Assembly (NCBI RefSeq): GCF_037042905.1
Contig: NC_087251.1
Coordinates: forward strand, 15,626,001-15,690,000
Source: Lytechinus pictus
Taxonomy: Eukaryota
Direction of reading: 5' to 3'
DNA: 64,000 bases
The position numbers and the translations under genes were made by a program. Positions within the stretch are counted from its first letter, which is position 1. Each line of letters begins with the position of its first letter. The notes under the pieces are model-generated. The model had not been told where the DNA came from, did not search any database, and saw only the letters and a list, made by a program, of their open reading frames with translations. This document shows positions 43,001-53,996 of the stretch, in pieces.

Positions 43001-46000
43001 AAATTTCAATAGACACAATGTATCAACTTTCACTTGACTCAGCCTCAAGGCATCTGGGCATTACAATAGCCCTTGACTGACCTCTCAATTTAGCTTCATT
43101 CTGTGTTCGGCCAACTGACTGCTCCAAATCAATACTCTGTTCTAGTATCATAGGATGGACGGATGCCATGTGATGGAGCAGAATGACACCCCTCGAGACG
43201 ATGACTGACCGATGGTGACAAAAGCGTGTTTGAAGACTCCATACCATCACTGCATGGTGTCTTACTTCAAAGGTTCATCCATATTTGATGAGCTCCCTTT
43301 CTACTCAAAGGACAACGTCCTATCCACTTTCACAATAGCATGAATGGGACATTATTGTTGGTGCAATGGAGGCGAACAATACGCAATATTTATACGCAAC
43401 TTATTTAGAATCCAAACCTTGGTGCTGGGAATCGATATAAGAATGTTTTGTAGGTCTAAATATTGCCCATTAAACAGCTAAAAGGACTGACTGTTAGATC
43501 TATGAATAAAAATACTATCATGTATAAACTTACTATGTAGGCCTATATGTTATTCAGGGATAAAGTTTTGCAAAGCTACACTACATAAACATGTCCTTGG
43601 ATCTATAGGGGCCAGCAAATTGTATTAATAACTATCTTTCATACAAAAAGTCATCTAAGATTTCCTCTTTGATATCATTTTCTTGTTCTTCACAGACCCT
43701 TCATTGATCAGATGAAAACACAGTTTTCAAGGACAGTTTATTAATTACAGAATATGGCTACTCATCTTAGGTGATCTATTTTAAACCCCTTAAGGACCTC
43801 TGGCCATTAATATTACATCACTATAAAGCAATGATTACATATTAAATGCCAATTGGGGACCACTTGATAGTGTTAAGCCCCATCATGGAAGATTTACAGT
43901 TATAATGGACGCCAATTATAGTGATGGTGAATGATACAGGGAAATATTTTTTTCAAGAACCCAATTGACATTTCTAACTTTTTTTTTTAAATGAAGTCAG
44001 TTTATTGCTATAGCTCAGCAGTCCAAAAGCAAGTTTATTATTCTATCTATTTGAAGCTCCAAATAATAACAATTGAAACCGATTGAATTTCATCAAGTAC
44101 CATGCAGGACAAAAATCATTATATTCCTAGTAGTTCAGATAAATTAATGAACTACATGTACATGTATCATTTAACAAAACAATATATTTCTTTTTCATAG
44201 CCGCACGCAGCGGGGGGGGGGGTGGCTGCAGTTACCCCCAAGGAATTTTGAAAATTTACATTTTGTTACTGAAAATTTTTACGAAAGTCACCAAAATTAT
44301 GTGCCAAATCCTTCAATTTAACTTGACAAAATGCAAAAACGCCCCAATGACAAGCTTGGTCGCTTCGCTCCCTCGCTTTTGAGGTTTCTTCGAAAAGTTT
44401 ATGCATCTGCTGCCCCAAGAGAAAATTTTCTGTGTACAGCCATGTTCTTTTCTTTAAAGGAGAATGAAACTCTTGGAGCAAGTTAGCTTTTGTGAAAGCA
44501 GAAAAATCAAAAAATAAGATCAACAAAAGTTTGAGTAAAATAGGACTAGCAATAAAAGAGTTATGAGCATTTGAATGTCGAGATCACTAATGCTATGGAG
44601 ATCCTCCCATTGGCAATGCGACCAAGATCTGTGATGTCACACACGTACAACTCTCCCATTTGGACACTGAAAATATACCCCAAAACATTTCTTTTTGCTC
44701 ATTCTAATCATAAAAAATTCATATGACAAACGATTCATCAATGATATAATGTTGTGAAACCTCTGTACTTGTCATCTCATAAAGAGAACACCTCACCTTG
44801 TGATAGACTCTATAAAAGTGAGAATATAAGTGAAATAAGTACTAAAGTAATGAGGGAGTTGTACGTGTGTGATATCACAGATCTTGGTCGCATTGCCGAT
44901 GGGAGGATCTACATGGCACTAGTGATCTCAATATTCAAATGCTCATAACTTTCTTATTATTCATTCAATCTTCCTCAAACTTTCAACGATGTGTTCCTTT
45001 GATTTTTCTCTTTGATATGGATTCAGCTGGTTTCAAGGGTTTCATTCTCCTTTAATGTATGATTTAAAATAAATAAAGGAAAAACCTTTTATTAAGAAGA
45101 GCTTTTTATTCACTCCTGTCTCACTCTTCAAGCATATCAGCTTTTGCTACACAAAAACGAATTTACCATACATGTATTTGTGTCTTGTACATCCATATAC
45201 GCTTGGACATGTTCTCTGAAATATCACTTTGCACGATTCAAGAGATTCAAGGTAAAAGATTTTGTCTGATTCATGGAATAAAATGCCGCTGCATCCCCGG
45301 GGTAGAGAATGTCTTGTTGGCCAAGGGTATTTGGCCTACTATCGGCCGATAAAGGGGTTTTCAGAAGTCTTTCCATATTTGGTTGTTGATGGTTTCCCCT
45401 GGCATCAGCATCCATTTAAGGGTTTCTCTCCTCTATTTCTTGTGAAGCTTCTCATCTCCAACGAAGTTTCATGGATGATAATATGTTTGAATATATAAAA
45501 CTTTTAATATTTTTATCACTTTTGAACCTCCTCTCAAATTTTTCCCTTTGGTACAGTAGGTCAAAATCTGAATTATATTCATCACCTTTTTTTCTTTTTG
45601 AGTTTTATTATCATTGTCCCCTCAATGATTGAATACCTTTAATAGTATTCTTTAATTCTTTACAAACAGCTCACTTCTTGTGTCTAACACCGCGTTACTA
45701 AAACCAAAATATTCTCATGATTTATTTTCACCTTGTGTGCTTCAGGAGCTTAAATACAATTGTCAACATTTTAAATTCTTTATCGACATAAAAACACAAC
45801 AAATCACAATTAAAAATCTACAGTGTATGATGACAAAAAAATATAATAGGCCCAATAGCAAAGAAAATTTATTTGTCACCTACAAAGATACACTGGAGAA
45901 AAGGGCAATTTTTGCTCTTAAATGTTGGAAATAGCCCTTGAAAGTGGCAAAAATGTCCCTTCCCCTACTCCCTCTATTTTACCGACTTCTCTCTCTTTCT

Positions 46001-49000
46001 TCCACAGCCCAATATCCAGAATAAAAATTGGCAAAGATTCCCAAGGGGACAACCAGTAGGTAATTTGTTACACTGCATGCCCTAGAGACCCTTCCTCTTG
46101 GTCTGTTTTTTTTCATCGCTATCCCATCTTTCACACATCTGTTTCGTGATAGGACGCTTGGTCGGGGATGATTGACTTCTACCCATCGTGTGCGCTCGGG
46201 TAAGCTCAAATTTAAGGCAGCTGCATGAAGTAACCACCAAGACAACAAAAAAGAGAGGGAATGTACACTACAAACTCACACTGGCCTGGGGAAAATGGGA
46301 AGTGTATGAAAGCATGATGTGGCATTATACCATTCAGATCTTCAATAGCCTCTAGATGCTGTTTTATTTCAGATGAGAGGTGCATACCTACACAGCTGTT
46401 CTGAGTCCTCCTTTTGCTGAAAATTTCAAATTCAATTTCAAATTTCTAACTCTAAACTATTTTGTATTTGCTTCATTTGTATGTCAAATCGGAATAACAA
46501 TATAATACATGTATATATAAAGTTCTTGATTATGATACAACGTCCCTATGCACTTCCCATGGACTTGTTGGATAGTACATGTAGGTGGCTTATGCCCTGC
46601 AGCCTTTTACAGAGCAGAAGCATAAAAAGAATAGATTCCTGCCAGGTACCCATTTACTAAACTGGGTTGAGTGTAGCACAATGTGGATCAATTTCTTGCC
46701 AAAGGAAATTATGCCATGGCTGGCATTCGAACCCATGATGACCCTCTGTTTGAAAGTCAGAAGACTACATGTACACTGTTGAAAATGATTTAAACAACGC
46801 TGTTTATTATGTGAATCACACAATAGCTGTTTAAACATTTTAAACAAGTGTTTAAAATCTTAAACAACAAAGTTTAAATTCAAATATTTAATCATCAATA
46901 ATTTAAGCATGGTTGTTTGAGATTTTAAACACTTGATTAAAATGTTTAAACAACTACAATGCGATTCACATAGTAAACAGCATTGTTTAAATTATTTTTA
47001 ACAGTGTGTACTTGTAGTTGACTGGTATACATGTATGACTATTTCTATGCACTTATGAAGCTGTGATGAAATTATGTTAAGTATTGTATTAATCGAAAAA
47101 TGAGTCTGATATTTTTTTAAGGTGTGTGTATGTATTACACTGGATTTCTGTGGATAACGAAACTTGTATCACAGCAAAGAAAAACTAGAAAGTATAAAGA
47201 GAAGAGCATATTAATCAGGTTCCTGTTTATTTGTTGAATAAATTGTGCTTTTAAGCCAAATGTACTCCAGGTTATGTCAGTAAAAGGTTTCTAATCCAAT
47301 TACAGTACTGGATTGCATCTACTTGATCTTACTCTTCTGAATGAGGTCAAAAGACACCAAGACTCAGGAGACGCTTACTGGCTCATTCAATAATTCAATA
47401 TACACAAAATATGTGTATTTCAAAAACTTTGTTCTAAAACAAAGCAAAATGAACAATTGTATTTCAGAGACCATATGTAAGATCATGTAGTTTGGTATCA
47501 AAGTAATATGGATAGCATTATCAATATTCTGTCAGCCTTTGTTTATTTCAGCCTTGAAAATCATGTTTTACTCTGGAAGTATACCTTGTTAATACTATTA
47601 GCATTGATTAAAGCAATCAAAATAATAATATTTTCATTCCATTCTACATAGCATGTTTATCATTATTTCAAGTTTACATGTACCTATTCAAACTAGAATA
47701 GTGAATTCAGGTTTTAATAAAGGGAATGAGATGCATGCCTTGTAATGGTTCCAGCAGATAAACCCAAAATACCAAACAGCACACAAAAAACTCAATATCA
47801 AACGAAAATCAATAAAACAATTTCCAGATCACTATTCATGAAAGAACAAGTATTTATCATTCTCTGTCAGATGTGAATAGACACTGGATGCAGTCAATGA
47901 CTCTCTTCTTTAATCTTGCATATTTCCTCTCATTTGTCAAAGCTGTCAGGGACAAAATGAAATACCTTTGTCCTGGGAACACTTTAACCTAAACAATAGC
48001 TTTAATAATGACTGTGAATATGACTCTTTGTATAGATCTACGGAAGAGCATGCCCAATGAGATCTTTTCTACTCAATACGTATGGAAATTCGATTTCATA
48101 AATTTTGAAGGGACAAACTTAATCCAGCTCATGTGCATATTTGTTTCTTTTAATATGTACTTTGAAAATTATATAATCATATTAAATGTAATGTTTATTT
48201 GCATTATTTCATGAATTGTACACAAATATGAAAAATCTATGCACTTTAGTTTCATAACTAAAATACGCACACATCAAACAAATGAAGATTAGCGTTTTGG
48301 CATAAATGAGCCAACAATGGAATACAAATAAACAAATTATACCTTCAGTGAGCATTGCACATTGGCAAAAACATTTTGAAATTGCATGCTGTATGGTACA
48401 TGTAATACTCCAAAATTCAAATATCATAGTAAAAATACCATTTGTTCTTTGGATTAAATTAAAAAATCACACATGCATATGAAAATTCTGACAAATCTAA
48501 ATATATTCTACACAAAATGAAATCAAATTTACAACACTTTTCAGATTAGCAAAAGGGCAACGTGACAAAATATACAGCATAAATGAATTCTCTCTTATGC
48601 ACTGGATGCATTTCAAAAACAAGATTAGACAAATTCAAAATGCTTTTAAACTCTGAAAGGGCAATGGTGACAAGGCGACTTACCGTCTGCTGTGAGGCAT
48701 AATTTGGAGCACTTTTATCAAGGGAGAAGTAACAGTAATCAAAGGAGAAGTGCTTTATACGGTCCCGATGATCACTGCATCCCTCTATGCCTTCAATCTG
48801 TAAAAAGAACCATTTTTTAGTTTTAAAAAAGTGTGACAAATGAAGATTATTTGATCATAAATAGGATCTTGGGTAGGTCATAAAGATATACGGTTAATTA
48901 TATTATTAACACACAGAGTTACCAAGACAGTAATTCCATATTTTTAGTCCCTCTTCACTACTCCATATTTAATTTCAATGAAAAAAAAAATGTTTTTGTA

Positions 49001-51847
49001 AAGATAACAAATGCTAAGGGCAAATTATTATTGCTTCATACTCAAGGCCAAACTATTTTTTCTCTTGATTAAACATCTCAGAGGCAATTTGATTGTCATG
49101 CATGAGAGAATGAATGAGAGATACATGTAGAACATCAAGGGATAAACTGTTCAATCAATTGTTGTTTACAAAAAGAAAACAGTTCCTTCAAATACATTTT
49201 TGTATTTTTAAAGGTAATAACTAAATCTTTAGATGCATCTCAAGAGAGTCTGCTTCTGCATCATTTATTACCCAGGAAGGCAGGAACCCTGAGGTCCATT
49301 TCTCCTCATATCAAGGAATGCACTGTTGCTATTTACATTCTATATGTAGGCCATATACAGGAAGCAAACAGACGGGACAGGCACAATGACACCAAATTCC
49401 TCCCTTATGAAGACCCAATAAATTTGATTTCCTAGCCGCACGCTGCATATCAAATTGATTGTTTGGCAATAAGTGTGTACTTTTTTTTCACCAGACCTGC
49501 AGTTGGGCTTCCGTAGAATTCTTGGGACTGGATGGTTATTCCATATTGCCCCTGATTTTTAGGGAATCTAATTAGAAGACAAAATTACTGGAATGGGCAG
49601 GAGTGAAAAGCAGGCATTTGTGTACACTGTAAACACACAGGGTGCCTTTGTATGAATTTGAGTTCATTCTCAAAGTCAGGCAAGGGCAAAATAGTATAGC
49701 GATATGAATGAATACCTGATGTTATTGGTTGCCAGGACAAAACAAACATTCCTAGTAAATTACTTCATTTTGACTAAGACGAATTTTCTTGAAAGGGAAT
49801 TACAATAACCTCTGCATGCATGGACAGAAATCCCAGGGGGGACAGGGGGACACAATATCAAATGTCCCCCTACTATTTTGAGTCTCATAAGATGGAAAGA
49901 AATACATCATTCAAAATCGAAATAAAACATGTATTTTGGATTAGATGACCTTACTTTTTTGATAACCTTTTTTTTGGGCTGGTCAAATTTTCCAGCCCCT
50001 GGTCCCCCTACCATTGGGGAGAGATTTTCGCCCTTGTCTACATGTACATGTACATGAAGCCCTACATGTACACGTATATGCATCATGTATGATAACGATA
50101 AAGCACAGTATTTTTAACTGATTGCTTTCTAGTTCCTCATTCAATTTCTATTTTATGAAAGCGTTAAAAGTCAACTTGCCATTGAAATTCACATCACACA
50201 CAGGTACATTGGAATAGGCTACATTGGAACAAAGTCTCTTCTTTACATAGTGAATCATTTACAGTTCAAGTAAAAAAATAATTATCATAATTTCCACTTA
50301 TTCTTGTTTCACTCTAATACTGCATAAAATGTTTCACACTATTAATCTTATAAGTAATATAACTCTATTTTTCACATCACAAAATGTGACCATGAAATCT
50401 AAAAATACACCTTACCTTAGGATTTGCCACACCCAATACATTTTCCTGGTATTCATTCACAACTATTGTGGCTTTTGCATCTTCCTCTCTGCAAAAAAAA
50501 AAGAGAGAACAAATGGAAATAAAACCATTTCCAATGAATTTTCATGCAAAATTATGTTAAGGAAGACCTTAATGTGAATACAGCTGTAGCAGGCAATATC
50601 GTCTCTCATTATTTTGGGCTGACATTACATCATACTATTAAACAATATACAATGAAATTATTTCATCATAATCTTTTTCTTCATTTTAACTGGAGAAATA
50701 GTTACTAAGATCATCTAGTAGGTCCATGTAAATATGTAAATTGCACAATTTGGAACACACTGTACATGCACAAAGCTATTAATACATTGTAGCTCCATGG
50801 TACATACTGTACATAGGGCCTACTGGTTGTCTAACTTCTAAGGCAAACTGATCTACTAATTGACAGTAGTGAGTGATTTTATGCTGTACAACCTTACTCC
50901 TCGTTGTTCCATCTTCATTGCATATCTTTGCCAAGACACACACAGAAAAAAACATATCATTGGCTAGATTTCCATACAGGTATGTCCTGTCCAATATAAT
51001 TGGGGGGAAATGGAACAATTATCCAAGACATTTAACAAATAAATGTTGGAGAGCAAAGGAAATAAGACTTTATTCCAATACAAAATTATGAATTTAAATA
51101 TTAGAAAATAAACATTTATACTACTGTTCAAAGCTTCATTCATATGCCAAGTGGGCCTACATCAAGGAAAAGAAAGAAATTGTCTTCCATCATGTGACAT
51201 TGCCAATTGCATTGCTACATGTATCACCTTTCACTTTGTTCGAGACATTAATGTTCATGAAAATGTGGTGCAACTCCTACACTGAAATAAATGCAAATAC
51301 ATGTATTTGAAATTGTATACAACATAAAAATGTATTGAATATACACTTTAAACATATAAATTGAAATGATATTGTAAATTTTCTACTTTTATTATCAATT
51401 TCCTTTTTTATCATTCAATCAATGAATGAAATATTTAATTTGAACTGTATAGGCCTAGTTCTATAATATAAATGACGACAGTAATGTTTATAAAATATAG
51501 ATACATGTACTCATGTAGGCTTTTTCAATTATTACTCTTCTTCTTTCTATTAATTCAATCAAAACCAAGTGACTCTTTGCGAAACTTGATCATCTTCCTA
51601 TCGCCACAAAAAATTGGAATAGCTAGCTTTCCAAAACTGAAAACACCGCATCCACACGCTGACTGCCCCTGCTGGCATTGGTACGCAAGGGATCAACGAC
51701 AAGAGCTTCCCCCTCATCACTGGCGACAAGACACACTCCAAACTACTACCACTAAGAAGCACAAAAACATCTCATCGAATCTCAAAACAAAGCATTTTAC
51801 CTTTTACAAATAGGCCGTACACGGACGGCTACTTTTACGTTCGCCAT
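926..51847 (-). CDS. STARD9: Kinesin-3 family motor, STARD9/KIF16A-like; 5' part (10 coding exons, motor domain), continues beyond the left edge
   Basis: Spliced exons 51847-51801, 50488-50416, 48797-48684, 29137-29021, 23867-23776, 22607-22498, 17150-17008, 12978-12911, 9884-9787, 1099-926 give [12 protein letters not shown]...FSFDYCY...[10 protein letters not shown] (P-loop)...[13 protein letters not shown]...SSRSH (switch I)...LVDLAGSER (switch II)...[23 protein letters not shown]. The N-terminus, HxHExSSRSH switch I, short loop 11 and long loop-12 insert favour STARD9 over KIF16B (from recall of the human proteins). Confidence 0.85.
5920..8850. mobile_element. ~2.9 kb non-autonomous DNA-transposon-like element with degenerate terminal inverted repeats; superfamily unclear
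   Basis: TTCAATCGTCACGTACGTGCA (5930) versus TGCACGTACGTGTCGTCTATTGAA (8819); CCGCCATCTTGC (5971) versus GCAATATGGCGG (8775); CpG-rich interior unlike the flanks; no long ORF. Confidence 0.55.
9787..9884 (-). CDS. STARD9: STARD9-like exon 9 ([32 protein letters not shown])
   Basis: TTTAG acceptor, GTAGGT donor, 98 nt. Confidence 0.95.
11580..12790 (-). mobile_element. Possible highly degenerate non-LTR retrotransposon (CR1/L2-group) ORF2 C-terminal remnant
   Basis: Broken minus-strand peptides (ILQNQF...LLHFVPSRA...WKLLEM; YMLLLH...FHIKS) loosely resemble the region downstream of the RT domain; recognised by eye only. Confidence 0.3.
12911..12978 (-). CDS. STARD9: STARD9-like exon 8 ([23 protein letters not shown])
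   Basis: TATAG acceptor, GTAAGG donor, 68 nt; switch II. Confidence 0.95.
13133..13345 (+). mobile_element. tRNA-derived SINE with a Deu/Nin-like central motif
   Basis: A box TAGCTCAGTCGG, B box GGTTCGATTC, then CCCTTTGGTAAGGCATTAATCC and GTCCTTCGGAGAGGACCTTAAGCCGTTGGTCC; a degenerate relative lies at about 22663-22825. Confidence 0.75.
17008..17150 (-). CDS. STARD9: STARD9-like exon 7 (switch [22 protein letters not shown])
   Basis: TTTAG acceptor, GTTCGT donor, 143 nt. Confidence 0.95.
20119..21085 (-). mobile_element. HINE/DINE-1-like element, family 1; complete copy with internal tandem repeats
   Basis: 13-bp subterminal inverted repeats GTCTCACCTGCAT (20141) / ATGCAGGTGAGAC (21068), extra GTCTCAC inverted copy, (GCC)n microsatellite, about 4.5 tandem core units, CTTGTT end on the minus strand, T-rich flanks, no TSD. 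Confidence 0.8.
22498..22607 (-). CDS. STARD9: STARD9-like exon 6 ([13 protein letters not shown]...[14 protein letters not shown])
   Basis: CTCAG acceptor, GTAAAT donor, 110 nt. Confidence 0.96.
22954..23310. mobile_element. MITE, PIF/Harbinger-like
   Basis: TIRs GACGGTTTCAAACCGCCTCGA / TCGAGGCGGTCTGAAACCACC; flanks CTA and TAA (imperfect TWA-type TSD). Confidence 0.65.
23776..23867 (-). CDS. STARD9: STARD9-like exon 5 ([13 protein letters not shown]...FKVEVS)
   Basis: TTTAAG acceptor, GTAAAA donor, 92 nt; GVIPR motif. Confidence 0.93.
25450..25654 (-). mobile_element. tRNA-derived SINE, Meta-SINE-like
   Basis: Minus strand: TGGCTCAGTTGG A box, GGTTCAAACC B box, then GTCAGACTAAAAGACGTTGAAAAATGGGAGTTGCTGC...CCTGTTTGGCG. 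Confidence 0.75.
26113..26702. mobile_element. Kolobok-like MITE, family A, copy 1
   Basis: Long imperfect TIRs GGTCAAGTCCACCCCA / TGGGGTGGACTTGTCCT, right flank TTAA; homologous to 53997-55028. Confidence 0.75.
29021..29137 (-). CDS. STARD9: STARD9-like exon 4 (P-loop: [22 protein letters not shown])
   Basis: TGCAG acceptor, GTAAGA donor, 117 nt; missed by the ORF track. Confidence 0.96.
34348..34916. mobile_element. Kolobok-like MITE, family B, copy 1
   Basis: TTAA TSD on both sides; termini AGGAGAATGAAAC / GTTTCATTCTCCT; ~180 bp imperfect inverted arms. Confidence 0.85.
35066..36051. mobile_element. Tc1/mariner-type non-autonomous element
   Basis: TA TSD; TIRs CAGTGCGTATCAAAAAAAGTTTACACTT / AAGTGTAAACTTTTTTTTGATACGCACTG; no transposase ORF. 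Confidence 0.85.
37807..37926. mobile_element. Short internally deleted MITE remnant
   Basis: TACCTCAGTC ... GACCGAGGTA inverted ends around a CpG-rich core. Confidence 0.35.
38533..39365. mobile_element. PIF/Harbinger-type MITE
   Basis: TTA TSD on both sides; TIRs GGCCGTGTTTATGCTTCCA...AGAATCAGCGTTT / AAACGCTGATTCT...TGGAAGCATAAACACACCC. Confidence 0.8.
44458..45051. mobile_element. Kolobok-like MITE, family B, copy 2 (inverted relative to copy 1)
   Basis: TTAA TSD; near-identical reverse complement of 34348-34916. Confidence 0.85.
46635..46765 (-). mobile_element. CORE-SINE fragment
   Basis: Minus strand GGGTTCGAATGCC B box followed by CCTTTGGCAAG...ATCCACA...CCCAG...AAATGGGTACCTGG; related to 52870-53205. 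Confidence 0.65.
46774..47006. mobile_element. Palindromic AT-rich MITE with CACTG...CAGTG termini
   Basis: Arms of about 105 bp pair along almost their whole length; repeated TTTAAACA motif. Confidence 0.75.
48684..48797 (-). CDS. STARD9: STARD9-like exon 3 (IEGIEG...FSFDYCYFS...YASQQT)
   Basis: TTACAG acceptor, GTAAGT donor, 114 nt; kinesin-3 FxFDY...YASQ motif. Confidence 0.93.
50416..50488 (-). CDS. STARD9: STARD9-like exon 2 ([25 protein letters not shown])
   Basis: TTTTGCAG acceptor, GTAAGG donor, 73 nt; phase fits exons 1 and 3. Confidence 0.85.
51801..51847 (-). CDS. STARD9: STARD9-like coding exon 1 ([15 protein letters not shown])
   Basis: ATG at 51847; 47 nt; donor GTAAAA; kinesin beta1 motif VAVRVRP. 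Confidence 0.93.
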
Positions 51848-52140
51848 ATCACTGTCGCACAAAAATAATTTGACATCTTAGTAAATATCCGAGGTAAGTT
51901 TCCATAGCTTGAGTTTTGAAATCGGTTGGTCTTGTTCAGATCTTCCAAGCGCACTCTTCAAATTTCTCAAGATACCGGTACGTACAGAAAACAGGCAAAG
52001 CACCTGCCAAAGCGATGCGCTAGCTAGACAGGCACGACGTACACTATCATTTGATTCGTGGCGCCGCGATGGCACCGTACACTGGTAGCTGAAGCTCGAG
52101 GTAATTTCTTCACAAGCCCTCTTTTGACAACTGACAGTTT
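51848..52140 (-). promoter_or_regulatory. Putative STARD9 5' UTR/promoter (CpG-rich)
   Basis: Local CpG/GC enrichment directly upstream of the ATG; TSS not determinable. Confidence 0.5.
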
Positions 52141-52694
52141 AACTTTCGTCACACTAGATTACCTCTTTGATTAGTGGGGTAGTGGAAATTAAATAAACGA
52201 TAGTAAATTCACATTCCATTCTAATCTTGATTATTTTTTATTTTAATTTTAGGCCTACGATTGGCATAAGCCTATATTAAATTGGGATAAAACGGAGGAA
52301 ATTACTGATATTGAGAATTTACCAGCAACTTATAGTTTTCTTTCTCAACTGACAATAAACTTTTAACCGAGTTCTTGATATTATTGAGGTGGCACAGAGA
52401 TGCTACCAAACATAAATACTGATTAAATTAATCTTGGCTCCTATTTGAAAATAATAGGTCATTTTCTTTCATTAACCTTGAAATCTGTATCTCATGTATA
52501 TTACTTTGTATTATTTGTTAATGGAAATTAAATATATAAAAAAAATAATTGAAATGGAGAATATCAAAATGAAGAATAATCCAACTTTGGGAAACCAGAC
52601 AAATTTTTTGATTGCTTCATCATACATATAGGAAGAAACTGTTTTTTCTCTCTCTCTTCCTCATTCTCAATATTTCCTCTTTCTTTCTATCTTA

Positions 52695-52859
<165 letters not shown>

Positions 52860-52869
52860 ACATTCTTTC

Positions 52870-53205
52870 GGTGGTTCTGACTCTCGCCTTGTAAACAGAG
52901 GGTCGTGTGTTCGATCCCACCGCGGTCTAGCATCCTTTGGCAAGGCGTTAATCCACACTTTGCCACTCTCGACCCAGGTGCTAAATGTGTACCCGGTGGG
53001 ATGCGAAAGATATTGTATGTTTGATTTTACCAGCACCATAATGAGGCTGCGATGAATGCAAGGAATACTCCCCAGGGAGTGGAAATTTTGCTTTTTTTTT
53101 CAAGCGGGATTGAAATGAATCCAATGACGGGGTTAATAATATGCTGTAACGCGCTTTGAGTCATTCTGGGAAAAGCGCTTTATAAAAATAGGCTATTATT
53201 ATTGT
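52870..53205 (+). mobile_element. CORE-SINE with L2-like 3' tail, 5' truncated
   Basis: GTTCGATCCC B box; core CCTTTGGCAAGGCGTTAATCCACAC...GACCCAGGTGCTAAATG; tail GCGCTTTGAG...AAAGCGCTTTATAAA...(ATT)n. Confidence 0.75.
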
Positions 53206-53996
53206 TTAGTTTTTCATACGTGACATTGACATTATCTTTTAGAAATTTACCCCTCCTCACAACCACGCCCATAAGGGTATGTTTTGTTTATTTTACCACC
53301 CTTTGAATATCACTTAATCTATGTTAATTTCATTTTAATATTCAGGTTTATGATGTGAAATAAGTGGAGAGCATACAAAGGGAATGATAATTGAAATTCT
53401 AAAGAATGTTTGATAGGTTAATAATCATAAAAAACATTAAAAGTCCTCATAATGGCTCATTTTCTGGTCAATTTTGTTTTTTAACATTTCAGCTCGCCCT
53501 TGCATTATTGATCTCGATCGTCCTTAAAAAAAGTTTTATATAATTTGGTTGTAGAAATTGCCCCGAAAACCTCCCAAAACCAGCCGCCTTCGTTCTGGCG
53601 GGTCTTATAGCATCCAGACTGGTTGATATACAGAAAATAAAGAATATCTATTTTGGACGGATTTTTAACTACCCCCACTGGCGTATACAGACGTGTAATA
53701 TAGTGCCATGGACCCCCCCCCCCCCCTCCACAGAAAAAAAGGTATCACGACCAAAAAAGAAGGAAAAAATAATGAAAGGACTCAGGAAAAAGGGTGGAAT
53801 ATACTATATTTTTGCGGTAATAGTCAAATATGGTCACCATTAAAACCAACAAACAACTAGAAGAATAGTGAAACAAATTTTGTGCTGAGCCTAAACTATC
53901 ATTACCAAAAGTGAGATGGTACTAGAACTCATTTATATATAGTACATTAGCACTTGATTTGAGGGTGTTCTCAAAATATGACAATATCAGCTTTAA

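Noticed and set aside
29138..48683. Recognisable nested protein-coding gene, snoRNA or miRNA in the long intron 3
   Set aside because: No recognisable protein motif and no convincing C/D or H/ACA box pair; the hairpins present are explained by MITEs.
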